Shown here: positions 16,413 to 24,633 of the stretch, one piece after another
Position numbering within the stretch: the first letter of the stretch is position 1
Layout: every line of letters starts with the position of its first letter
Assembly (NCBI GenBank): GCA_044866005.1
Contig: JBIOTN010000134.1
Coordinates: forward strand, 1 to 27,646
Direction of reading: 5' to 3'
DNA from: Candidatus Rokuibacteriota bacterium
GTDB lineage: Bacteria; Methylomirabilota; Methylomirabilia; Rokubacteriales; DASRDR01
Length of the DNA stretch: 27,646 nucleotides
Program-made: the position numbers and the translations under genes
The notes under the pieces: generated by a model
Database searches by the model: none
Seen by the model: the letters and a program-made list of their open reading frames with translations, nothing else
What the model was told of the DNA's origin: nothing

Positions 16413-17651
16413 TCAGGCGGCGGAGGGCGCGACCTCCGGGAGGCCCCGCGTCTCGGAGATGGCCCAGGCCATCGCGGCGGCGGCCCCGGAGAGCAGCGCG
16501 CCGGCGAGGAAGAAGCCCGTGTAGCTCCCGGTCACGTCGTGGATCACGCCGCCCACATACGACCCGGTCGCCGAGCCGAACTGGTGGCTCAGCGCCACGA
16601 GCCCGAAGACGGTTCCCGCGGAGCGCCGGCCGAAGATCATCGTGGAGAGCGCCGTCGTCGGCGCGACCGTCGAGAAATCGACGATGCCGAACGTCACGGC
16701 GAAGACGAAGAGCAGCACGGGGTCTCGCGCGAAGACCAGGAAGACGAGCGTGACGGCCCGGCCCGCGTAGATCCAGCCCAAGAGCCACCGGTGGCCCCGG
16801 CGGTCGCCCACCGCGCCGGAGGCGATCGAGCAGACCATGTTCACGAGCGACAGCACGCCGAAGGCCGACGCGGCCGTCACCGCCGAGATGTGGTGGTCCT
16901 GGGCGTAGGGGATCAGGTGTGTGTCGATCAGCCCCGCCGTGGTGACGCCGCAGACGAAGAAGGAGAGGGCGAGCCACCAGAAGTTCCGCTGCCGGAGGAT
17001 CTCCGCGACGGGGAGCGGCCGGCCGTCCGCGGTGGCGCGCGCGGTGCCGGACGCGGCCGTGCCCGGGGGATCGTCCCGCAAGAGCAGGAACACCGCGGGC
17101 ACCGCGACCAGGAGCACGAGGCTCCCGAGCGAGAGGAAGGCCTGGCGCCAGCCCAGTGCCTGGACGAGCGCCGCGGTCAGGGGCAGGAGGATGAGCTGGC
17201 CGGCCCCCGAGCCCCCCGACACGACGCCGAAGGCGAAGCCGCGCCGCCGGGTGAACCAGCGCGCGACGGCGACGGCCGCGGTCGGGCTCGAGGCGCCACC
17301 CACGCCGACCATGACCAGGACGCCGAAGATGAGGTAAGCCTGCCAGAGCGTCACGATGGAGGAGACGGCCAGCGTCCCGACGCCGAGGATCAGGAGGCTC
17401 GCCGTGAGGACGAGCCGCGGCCCCAGCCGGTCGGCCCAGCGGCCCGAGGCGGCCTGCGCGAGCCCGTAAAAGATGAAGCCGAGCGACGCCGTGAGGCTGA
17501 TCGCCGCGCGCTCCCAGCCGAACTCCGCCTCCCACGGCTTGACCAGGAGGCCGATCGTGGAGCGGACGCCGAGGGCCACGGCCTGCGCGAAGAAGAGGAC
17601 GCCGACGACGATCCAGGCGCCCCGCGGCTCGCGCTCCACGTCCTCCGACAC
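16413..17651 (-). CDS. MFS transporter
   Basis: GTG 17651 with AAGGAG SD. MFS motif A (GRWADRLGPR, GAVGDRRGHR), ARWFTRRRGFAFG, about 12 TM segments. The ORF-track start at 18479 is a spurious extension. Confidence 0.92.
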   Translation of the reverse strand: MSEDVEREPRGAWIVVGVLFFAQAVALGVRSTIGLLVKPWEAEFGWERAAISLTASLGFIFYGLAQAASGRWADRLGPRLVLTASLLILGVGTLAVSSIVTLWQAYLIFGVLVMVGVGGASSPTAAVAVARWFTRRRGFAFGVVSGGSGAGQLILLPLTAALVQALGWRQAFLSLGSLVLLVAVPAVFLLLRDDPPGTAASGTARATADGRPLPVAEILRQRNFWWLALSFFVCGVTTAGLIDTHLIPYAQDHHISAVTAASAFGVLSLVNMVCSIASGAVGDRRGHRWLLGWIYAGRAVTLVFLVFARDPVLLFVFAVTFGIVDFSTVAPTTALSTMIFGRRSAGTVFGLVALSHQFGSATGSYVGGVIHDVTGSYTGFFLAGALLSGAAAAMAWAISETRGLPEVAPSAA

Positions 17652-17749
17652 GCCGGTCTCCTTTGCCGTGCTCGTGCGCCCACCCGCGTGTGAAACCCCC
17701 GCCGGAGGCCGTCCGTGAAAGAGGGCGGCGCCCCGGTGCGCGCTCCGCG

Positions 17750-17758
17750 ATGATACCG
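17750..17758 (-). promoter_or_regulatory. Possible -10 element for the MFS gene
   Basis: Minus strand CGGTATCAT, the same 9-mer as the element upstream of the YciI gene (20234-20226). Confidence 0.4.
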
Positions 17759-17803
17759 TGTCCCCGCGCCGAGGGCCATCGGGGCCGGGGCGCTCTCCGG
17801 CCC

Positions 17804-18697
17804 TCACAGCGCGAGGAGCGCGAGCCCCGCGATCGAGAGACCGGCGCCGGCCGCGGCGCGCCAGGTGACGCGCTCGCCGAGGGCGAGGCCGATCGGCAGG
17901 GCGAACAGCGGCGAGGTGGAGGAGAGGATCGTGGTCAGCGCCACGCCCGCGTACTTGAGCCCCGTGATGAAGAGCACCGCGCTGAGGGCCGTCAGCACCC
18001 CCAGCGCCACGACCAGCGGCGCGACCGCCCCGCGATGGGCTCGGAAGCGCGCCCCGGCGCCCCGGGCCCAGGGCGTGGCCCAGAGCGCCAGCGCCGCGAG
18101 CGGCAGCCGGACCGCCTGGACCGTGATGGGGTCCACCGTGCGGACGGCCGGCTTCATCAGGGTCGTGCTGACGGCCCACGCGGCGGCGGCGAGGAGCGCG
18201 AGGGTGAGCCCGCCGGCCCGGGCCGCCGGGCGCGGGGCGGCGGCCGCGGGCTCGTCGCCCACGATGACGGCGAGCCCGGCGAGCGTCACCACGGCGCCCA
18301 GGGCCAGGAAGGTCGTGACGCGCTCGCCGAAGAGCCACACGGCGAGCAGGCTGGCGATGAGCGGATAGGCCATCGAGATCGTCAGCGCCCGCGCCAGCCC
18401 GATGCGCTTGCTCGACTCGAAGAACATCGTGTCGCCGGCCGCGAACCCCGTGAGGATCGACACCGACAGGTACACCCACGCGTCGAGCGGCACCTCGCGC
18501 AGCGACTCCAGGCCGCCCCGGGCGAGGACGACCGCCGCCAGGAGCGCGCCGCCCAGGGCGGAGCGGAGCATGTTGATCGACAGCGCGTTGAAGTACGGCG
18601 ACAGCGCGCGCGCCACGAGACCGATGAGGGCCCAGGTCAGGGCCGATCCCAGCGCGCAGAGCGCGCCGAGCGTCACCCCGGCCTCGGCGAGGCTCAC
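17804..18697 (-). CDS. DMT/EamA family transporter
   Basis: Two EamA repeats (FFESSKRIGLARA...YPLIASLLAVWLFGER; FITGLKYAGVA...SPLFALPIGLALGER), about 10 TM segments. Confidence 0.92.
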   Translation of the reverse strand: MSLAEAGVTLGALCALGSALTWALIGLVARALSPYFNALSINMLRSALGGALLAAVVLARGGLESLREVPLDAWVYLSVSILTGFAAGDTMFFESSKRIGLARALTISMAYPLIASLLAVWLFGERVTTFLALGAVVTLAGLAVIVGDEPAAAAPRPAARAGGLTLALLAAAAWAVSTTLMKPAVRTVDPITVQAVRLPLAALALWATPWARGAGARFRAHRGAVAPLVVALGVLTALSAVLFITGLKYAGVALTTILSSTSPLFALPIGLALGERVTWRAAAGAGLSIAGLALLAL

Positions 18698-18749
18698 GGC
18701 GGCGGCGGCCCGGCCGCCCCCGGGCAGCGGCCCGACCCGCGGCGCGGCC

Positions 18750-19676
18750 TCACGCCGTCGTCGCGGCGTCGCGGGCCGCCCGGATGAGCTCGGGGAAGCT
18801 GTAGCTCGGCAGCGCGCAGCCCGGGGCGAGAAGGAGCCGCCGCCGGCCGGCCTCGGCGACCGCGTGGCGGACCTGCTCCCGCAGCTCGGCCGCGGAGAGG
18901 TCGGGGAAGCGCACGTGGTCGAGGCCCGCGACCAGCGGCAGCGAGGTCAGGCGCCGCGCCTCGGCCAGCGTGGGGCCTCCGTCCCGGTCGCCCCACGAGA
19001 TCGCGTGGACGGGGTAGTCGAGGAGGCGCTCGAAGTAGAGCTGACGGCCGTGGGCGTGGAGGATGTGACACTCGCCGCGCCCGCGGAGTCCCTCCAGCAG
19101 GGCGAGATCGAACGGACGCATGAACCGCTCGTACTGCTCGCGCGTGAGCGACTCCGGGGTGGCCGGAACGGACAGGAAGATGCCCGCCGCGCCCCGATCG
19201 AGGCTCGCCCGGGCATACCGGAGGAGGTTCTCGTTGACGACGTGGAGGGCCTCGGTGAGCGCCGCCGCGTGGTCCCGCATGAGCCCCTCCATCGCGGACT
19301 TCACGATGCTCCGGCGCAGGGTGTTCCAGGCGTTGAAGACGGTATCGACGAAGAGCGCCCGGCCCCGGAGCGTCGCGGCGAGGCGCTCGATGGTCTTGAG
19401 CTGCTCCCCCATGGGGCCCGCCGTCACGTCGATCGGCGCGAGCCGCGCGAGGTCCCGCGCCTCGCGGAACGTGTCGAGGCCGTCGGGCAGGGGATACGAG
19501 TAGTCGTTCATCACCTTGAGCCAGTCGAGCTGGTAGGCGTCGAAGAACTCGAGATGGGTCTGGGCCGTCCGCTCGGCCGGCGCGTGCTGGAGACCGAAGT
19601 GATACCAGACGGTGAACGGCGGGCGGTCCACGTCCGCGCCGCGGAGCGCCGCGCGCACCCGCTCGGGTGGGGTCAT
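18750..19676 (-). CDS. Uroporphyrinogen decarboxylase/MtaA-CmuA (UroD/MetE-like) family protein, not canonical HemE
   Basis: ATG 19676: MTPPERVRAALRGADVDRPP, YERFMRPFDL, ILHAHG, YPVHAISW, LLLAPGCAL. It lacks the HemE RQAGR motif. Confidence 0.85.
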   Translation of the reverse strand: MTPPERVRAALRGADVDRPPFTVWYHFGLQHAPAERTAQTHLEFFDAYQLDWLKVMNDYSYPLPDGLDTFREARDLARLAPIDVTAGPMGEQLKTIERLAATLRGRALFVDTVFNAWNTLRRSIVKSAMEGLMRDHAAALTEALHVVNENLLRYARASLDRGAAGIFLSVPATPESLTREQYERFMRPFDLALLEGLRGRGECHILHAHGRQLYFERLLDYPVHAISWGDRDGGPTLAEARRLTSLPLVAGLDHVRFPDLSAAELREQVRHAVAEAGRRRLLLAPGCALPSYSFPELIRAARDAATTA

Positions 19677-19680
19677 CCTC

Positions 19681-20217
19681 TCAGAGGACGTAGAGCAGGG
19701 GCCGCGCGCGGAGCGCCGCCTCCGTCCAGAGCCCCGTCTCGGCGAGCCACCCGAGGGCCTCCGCGGGCTCGGGCGCGCGGAGGACGGCCACGGTGACCCC
19801 GCCCTCGAAGAAGCCGCCGAACACCAGGCGGCCGGCCCCGCGCAGCTCGACGAGCGCGAGCTGGGCCAGGTCGGGGTCCATGGCCGGCCCCTCGACGACC
19901 GTGACCCGGCGCGACCCGTCGAGGACGACGGCCGGCACCTCCCACGGCTCGACGAACTGGGAGAAGCTCCGCGGCGTGTACGCGGTCCACAGCCCGGCCC
20001 GGTGGTACGGGTCCTCCTCGACGAGCGGCGCGAGCTCCTCGGCCCCGTGGAGCCGGTAGACGAGCTCGGCGGTCCGACCATCCGGGGACGGGCCGCCGCC
20101 GACCACCCTCCCCCGGCCCCGCAGCGCGACGAGCCGCTCGATGTGGGCCTCCCGGTGCGCCGGGCGGCGGGCCAGGTAGTCCTCGGCGCAGGTGACGGCG
20201 ACGTGGACGGCGATCAT
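19681..20217 (-). CDS. YciI-family protein with a second, degenerate YciI-like repeat
   Basis: ATG 20217: RPAHREAHIERL...GGGP...EEDPYHRAGLW, followed by a second unit LRGAGRLVFGG...AETGLW; 178 aa. Confidence 0.8.
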   Translation of the reverse strand: MIAVHVAVTCAEDYLARRPAHREAHIERLVALRGRGRVVGGGPSPDGRTAELVYRLHGAEELAPLVEEDPYHRAGLWTAYTPRSFSQFVEPWEVPAVVLDGSRRVTVVEGPAMDPDLAQLALVELRGAGRLVFGGFFEGGVTVAVLRAPEPAEALGWLAETGLWTEAALRARPLLYVL

Positions 20218-20225
20218 CGGACCCC

Positions 20226-20234
20226 ATGATACCG
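20226..20234 (-). promoter_or_regulatory. -10 element (TATCAT) for a probably leaderless YciI operon transcript
   Basis: Minus strand CGGTATCAT, then 8 nt, then ATG. No room for a conventional SD. Confidence 0.5.
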
Positions 20235-20346
20235 CGGGCCCCCAGGCGGCCGACCCGGTGGCCGGGATCGTCGCCGCGTGACGGCGCCGGGCGCGACCGG
20301 CCGGGCGCTCCGCATCCCCGGCGGCCCGGGCGCCATCTAAGGGGAC

Positions 20347-21306
20347 GTGAGCGGGGCCTTCGACTTCCTCCTCCGCCACGGCTACGCCGTCGTGTTCGCC
20401 GCGGTGCTGGGCGAGCAGCTCGGGCTGCCGGTGCCCGCGGCGCCCGTCCTCCTGGCGGCGGGGGCGCTGGCGGCATCCGGGCAGCTCTCGGTCGTCCCCG
20501 CGATCCTCCTGGGCGTGGCGGCGAGCCTGGTCGGGGACCTCGTCTGGTACGAGCTGGGCCGCCGGCGCGGGCTCTCCATCCTGAGCCTCCTCTGCCGGAT
20601 CTCGCTCGAGCCCGACTCGTGCGTCCGCCGGACGGCGGATGTCTTCGCGCGACAGGGCGCGCGGGCGCTCCTCGCCGCGAAGTTCGTGCCGGGCCTCAGC
20701 ACGGCGGCGCCGCCTCTGGCCGGCGTGTTCCGGATGCCGCTCGCCCGGTTCGTCGTCTGGGACGGCGCCGGCGCCCTCCTGTGGGTCCTGGCGTACGGGG
20801 GCCTGGGCTTCGTCTTCAGCGCCCAGCTCGAGGACTTCGCCGCGGCTCTCTCGCGCTTCGGCACGGGGCTCGGCCTGATCGTCGCCGCCGCGCTCGCGGG
20901 CTACATCGGCTGGAAGTTTTTCCAGCGCCAGCGTTTCCTCTCCCGGCTCCGGACGGCGCGGATCACCCCGGAGGAGCTCCACCGCATGCTGGAGGTCGGG
21001 GGCGACGTCCTGGTCGTCGATCTCCGCAGCGCCGCCGAATTCGAGGCCGAGCGCGCGAAGATTCCCGGCGCGCTCTACCTCACCCCCGACGAGCTCGAGC
21101 GGCGGCATCAGGAGATCGCGCGCGATCGGGACGTCGTCCTCTACTGCAGCTGACCCAGCGAGGCGACGAGCGCCCGTGCGGCGCTCCGGCTCAGACGCCT
21201 CGGGATCACGCGGGTGCGCCCGCTGGCCGGGGGCTTCGAGGCGTGGCGAACGCGCGGCTTCCCGCTGGAGACGATCGCCCCGGCCGACGCGGCCGGGGCG
21301 CGCTGA
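20347..21306 (+). CDS. DedA (VTT)-rhodanese fusion, probable selenoprotein (in-frame TGA at 21151-21153 = Sec)
   Basis: DedA motifs EQLGLPVPA, GDLVWYELGR, AKFVPGL. Rhodanese VDLRS...IPGAL...DVVLYCS-[TGA]-PSEATSARAALRLRRLGITRVRPLAGGFEAWRTRGFP...-TGA at 21304-21306. 319 aa with readthrough. Confidence 0.88.
21159..21202 (+). promoter_or_regulatory. Candidate bacterial SECIS element
   Basis: Upper stem GAGCGCC (21168-21174)/GGCGCTC (21180-21186) with loop CGTGC, 21 nt after the UGA. Lower stem CGAGGCG (21159-21165)/CGCCTCG (21196-21202). Confidence 0.7.
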
Positions 21307-21354
21307 GGGACTCGCCCGCCCGCCGCCGGCTTGCCCGATCGACCCGGGCCGTAC

Positions 21355-21360
21355 TATAAC
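21355..21360 (+). promoter_or_regulatory. -10-like element (TATAAC) for a probably leaderless receiver-domain gene
   Basis: TACTATAAC AT-rich island in GC-rich DNA, 6 nt before GTG 21367, with no SD. Confidence 0.45.
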
Positions 21361-21366
21361 GTGCCC

Positions 21367-21747
21367 GTGTCTCACGCCCGGCTCGTGGTGATCGAAGACG
21401 AGGCATCGGTTCGCGACGTCTGGGTGGACGCGCTGGTGGCGGCCGGATTCGCGGTAGTGGGCTTCGTCGCGGCGGACGAGGCCCTGGCCCGGATGCCCGA
21501 GCTCCTGCCCGACCTCATCCTCCTCGACATGCTCATGCCGCGGATGGACGGGTTCGAGTTCCTCGCGCGGCTCCGGTCGGATCCCGCGTGGGCGCGCGTC
21601 CCGGTCCTCATCGTCTCCGGCCTCGGCGACGACCTCTTCATCGACGGGCCCGGGGCCCGGTCGCTCGGCGTCGTCGGGGTCCTGTCCAAGCCGATCGAGA
21701 TCGTGACCCTCCTCGAGCACGTGCGCCAGGCCCTCAGGTCGCGCTGA
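21367..21747 (+). CDS. Single-domain response regulator (CheY-like receiver)
   Basis: LVVIEDE, PDLILLDMLMPRMDGFE, VLIVSG, SKP. Alternative start GTG 21361. Confidence 0.92.
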   Translation: MSHARLVVIEDEASVRDVWVDALVAAGFAVVGFVAADEALARMPELLPDLILLDMLMPRMDGFEFLARLRSDPAWARVPVLIVSGLGDDLFIDGPGARSLGVVGVLSKPIEIVTLLEHVRQALRSR

Positions 21748-21769
21748 CGTCCCGGTCGGAGCGAGGCTG

Positions 21770-24007
21770 GTGACCGGTCGCGAGGGCGCCCGCCCCCTGC
21801 CGTCGTCGGACTGGAGCGCCGCGACGTCGAGCGGGCGCGGCCAGGCGAGGGCGGGGTCGCGCGTCCCGCTGACGGTCGCCCTCCTCGCCGCGGGCGTCCT
21901 CGCGCTCGCTTCCGGCGCGGCCGCTGCCGTCGAGCCGCGGTTCGAGCCCGACACGCCGGGCCGGAGCCCGTTCCCCACCGACCGCCTGACGGTGGCCGAC
22001 CCGGCGCAGCGGACCGGCCTCCGCGTGGCGCTCCCCCTGCCGAGCTGCGAGGCGGCACCCTCGGCCTGCGACGACGTGCGCCTGCTGAACGAGCTCGACG
22101 GCTTCGATCTCGCCCCGCGCCTGGCGGTCCCGTTCACGGGGGCCATCGACCCGGCGAGCGTGACCGTGCGGAGCCTCTTCGTCGTGCGCCTCGAGCCCGG
22201 CCCGCCGGAGGCCACCGCCGTCGAGCGGCTCGTCTATGACCCCCGCACCTACACGCTCCACGCGCGGCCCGAGGCGGTGCTCGAGCCGGAGACGCGCTAC
22301 GGCCTCGTCGTGACGCGCGAGCTGCGGGACACGGGCGGCCAGCCCATCCGATCCTCGACGGCATTCCGCAGCTTCCTTCAGCGCGGGGGCGGCTCGCCGG
22401 CCGCGCGGCGCGACCGCCAGCGGCTCACGGCGCTCATGGCGGCGCTCGCGCGGCGCGGCGTGCCGGCGGACGAGGTCGCGGTGGCGGCCGTGTTCACCAC
22501 CGGCAGCGTCACGTCCTTCCTGGAGCAGGCGCGCGACGCGCTCGAGCGCCGCCCGCCCCCGAGCGCCCTGGTGACCGCCGCTGACGGCGGCGAGCGCGCC
22601 CACTTCCCGCGAGGGAGCCTCCGGGGCCTCCTCTGGCGTCGGCAGGTCCGTGTCGCGACGGACGGCGCCGAGGCGTTCCAGGAGACTCCGCTCCCGCTCG
22701 GCCTGCTGCCGGCGGACGTCGTGGGCGGCCTCGGCATCGGCTGGTACTGGTCGCCCTGGTACCTGACCCGCGGCCGGCGCATCGTCGAGCCGCCGAGCGG
22801 GCGGCCCCACCCGGGCGCCCTCCTCCACGCCCCCGTGCCCTTCGTGATCGTGGTTCCCGCCGGGAGCCCGCCGCCCGGGGGCTGGCCCGTCGCCATCATG
22901 GGCCACGGCTACGGCGGCGACATGCTCGGCAGCGCGCTTCGGATCGCCGGCACGCTGGCCCGGCAGGGCATCGCGACCGCCGCGGTGACCGTGGTCGGCC
23001 ACGGCGGCGGGGGCGACGGCCGGCTCGTCGTCGAGCGCCACGATGGGACCCGGCTCGAGGTCCGCCTGCCGGGGCGCGGGGTGGACCTCGACGGGGACGG
23101 CCTGATCGGTCCGACCGAGGGGCTCGCCCCGCTCGCCGCCGGGGCCCTCGCCCCGCTCGGGCCGCGCGACGGCCTGCGCCAGCAGGTCGTGGACCTCATG
23201 GCGTTCGTCCGCGCGCTCGCGGGCGGCCTCGACGTGGACGGCGACGGCGTCCCCGACACGAGCGGCCGGGCCATCTTCTACGTCGGGCAGTCGCTCGGCG
23301 GGATCTACGGCACGCTGTTCCTCGCGGTGGACCCGCGGGTGAAGGTCGGCGTCCTGAACGTGCCGGGTGGGTCCATCGCGGAGATCGCGCGGCTGTCGCC
23401 GGCCTTTCGACCGCTCCTGCGCGAGGCGCTGGGGCGCCGGACGCCCTCGCTGCTCGACGCCGAGGGCGGGTTCCGGGAGGAGTTGCCCCTCCGCGGGGAG
23501 GCCCCGGTGGTCACCGCCGCGCCCGGCGCGCTTGCGGTCCAGGAGTACCTCGCCCGCGTGGAGTGGCTCGGCCGGCGGGGCGATCCGCTGGCCTATGCGC
23601 GTCACCTGAGGCTCGTCCCGCTTCCCGGCCAGGAGCCCAAGCGCGTGCTCGTCCAGTTCGCCTGGGGGGACCGCGTGGTCCCGAACCCCACGACCAGCGC
23701 GCTCGTCCGCGCGGGCGCCCTGGCCGACGCGACGGCGCTCCTCCGCTACGACCGCGTCCTCGCGGCCGCGCCGGCCGAGCCGCCGGAGCCCCACGGGTTC
23801 CTCCTCCGCATCGGCGCGCCTGGTCTGGCGGGCGCGCTCGCCCAGGCCGCCCAGGAACAGGTCGCGCGCTTCTTCCTCGCCGACGGCCGTGCGGTCTGGG
23901 ACCCGCACGGGGCGCTCTCGCGGCCGACGCCCGAGCCCCTCTTCGAGATTCCGGCCGCGCGCCTGCCCGAGCGGCTCGGCTACGTGATCGGCGACGGCGC
24001 CCGCTGA
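21770..24007 (+). CDS. Exported Ig-like domain + alpha/beta hydrolase (lipase/esterase-like)
   Basis: Signal segment LLAAGVLALASGAAAA; PFPTD, LNELDGF, LEPETRYGLVVT; WPVAIMGHG; nucleophile elbow YVGQSLGG; GDRVVPN; EPHGFL; two DxDGDG loops. The start codon is uncertain. Confidence 0.82.
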   Translation: MTGREGARPLPSSDWSAATSSGRGQARAGSRVPLTVALLAAGVLALASGAAAAVEPRFEPDTPGRSPFPTDRLTVADPAQRTGLRVALPLPSCEAAPSACDDVRLLNELDGFDLAPRLAVPFTGAIDPASVTVRSLFVVRLEPGPPEATAVERLVYDPRTYTLHARPEAVLEPETRYGLVVTRELRDTGGQPIRSSTAFRSFLQRGGGSPAARRDRQRLTALMAALARRGVPADEVAVAAVFTTGSVTSFLEQARDALERRPPPSALVTAADGGERAHFPRGSLRGLLWRRQVRVATDGAEAFQETPLPLGLLPADVVGGLGIGWYWSPWYLTRGRRIVEPPSGRPHPGALLHAPVPFVIVVPAGSPPPGGWPVAIMGHGYGGDMLGSALRIAGTLARQGIATAAVTVVGHGGGGDGRLVVERHDGTRLEVRLPGRGVDLDGDGLIGPTEGLAPLAAGALAPLGPRDGLRQQVVDLMAFVRALAGGLDVDGDGVPDTSGRAIFYVGQSLGGIYGTLFLAVDPRVKVGVLNVPGGSIAEIARLSPAFRPLLREALGRRTPSLLDAEGGFREELPLRGEAPVVTAAPGALAVQEYLARVEWLGRRGDPLAYARHLRLVPLPGQEPKRVLVQFAWGDRVVPNPTTSALVRAGALADATALLRYDRVLAAAPAEPPEPHGFLLRIGAPGLAGALAQAAQEQVARFFLADGRAVWDPHGALSRPTPEPLFEIPAARLPERLGYVIGDGAR

Positions 24008-24147
24008 CGCCGTGCCCGCGCGCGTCGCACCCCGTCCTTGAACGGGTCGCCAGACTGTGGTTACATAAACTCTGTTCGCTTCGAGTGACCCATGACGCCG
24101 GGCCGGCCCGGCGCCCCGCGACGACCCGATACCCACGAGGGCCACGC

Positions 24148-24633
24148 ATGAAGGTGCTGAAGATCGTGCCGGAGCGCTGCACCGGCTGCCTCCGCTGCGA
24201 GCTGGCGTGCTCGTACATGCAGACGGGCACGTTCCAGCCGGCGAAGTCGGTGATCCGCGTCTCGCCGTTCGAAGGGCACACGAGCTACGCCCCGTACACC
24301 TGCACCCAGTGCGCGGAAGGCTGGTGCATGACCGCCTGTCCAGTGGGAGCGATCACGATCTCCCCGGTCGGCGCCAAGGTGGTGCTCGACGACCAGTGCG
24401 TCGGCTGCAAGCTCTGCACGATCGCGTGCGCCTACGGGACGATCTTCTACAACCCCGACACGCGCAAGGCGTTCAAGTGCAACCTCTGCGGCGGCGACCC
24501 GGCGTGCGTCACCGCGTGCCCGACGCAGGCGATCCTCTACGAGGAGACCGAGCAAGCGGACTGGCTGGGCTCCTTTGCCGCGTCCCGCTCGGAGCGACTC
24601 CTCGTGGCGGCCGCCGGGAACGGAGGACGGTGA
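24148..24633 (+). CDS. 4x[4Fe-4S] ferredoxin-like electron-transfer subunit (AOR-associated)
   Basis: 16 Cys: CTGCLRCELAC, CTQCAEGWCMTACP, CVGCKLCTIAC, KCNLCGGDPACVTACP. Confidence 0.93.
   Translation: MKVLKIVPERCTGCLRCELACSYMQTGTFQPAKSVIRVSPFEGHTSYAPYTCTQCAEGWCMTACPVGAITISPVGAKVVLDDQCVGCKLCTIACAYGTIFYNPDTRKAFKCNLCGGDPACVTACPTQAILYEETEQADWLGSFAASRSERLLVAAAGNGGR

Noticed and set aside
18750..19676. hemE assignment
   Set aside because: It lacks the RQAGR substrate-binding motif and there are no haem biosynthesis neighbours.
21151..21153. DedA-rhodanese as a nonsense pseudogene or a 268-aa protein
   Set aside because: The stop falls on a position expected to be Cys, the downstream domain is intact with normal codon usage, and a SECIS-like hairpin follows. 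Sec recoding is more parsimonious, though not proven without sel genes.
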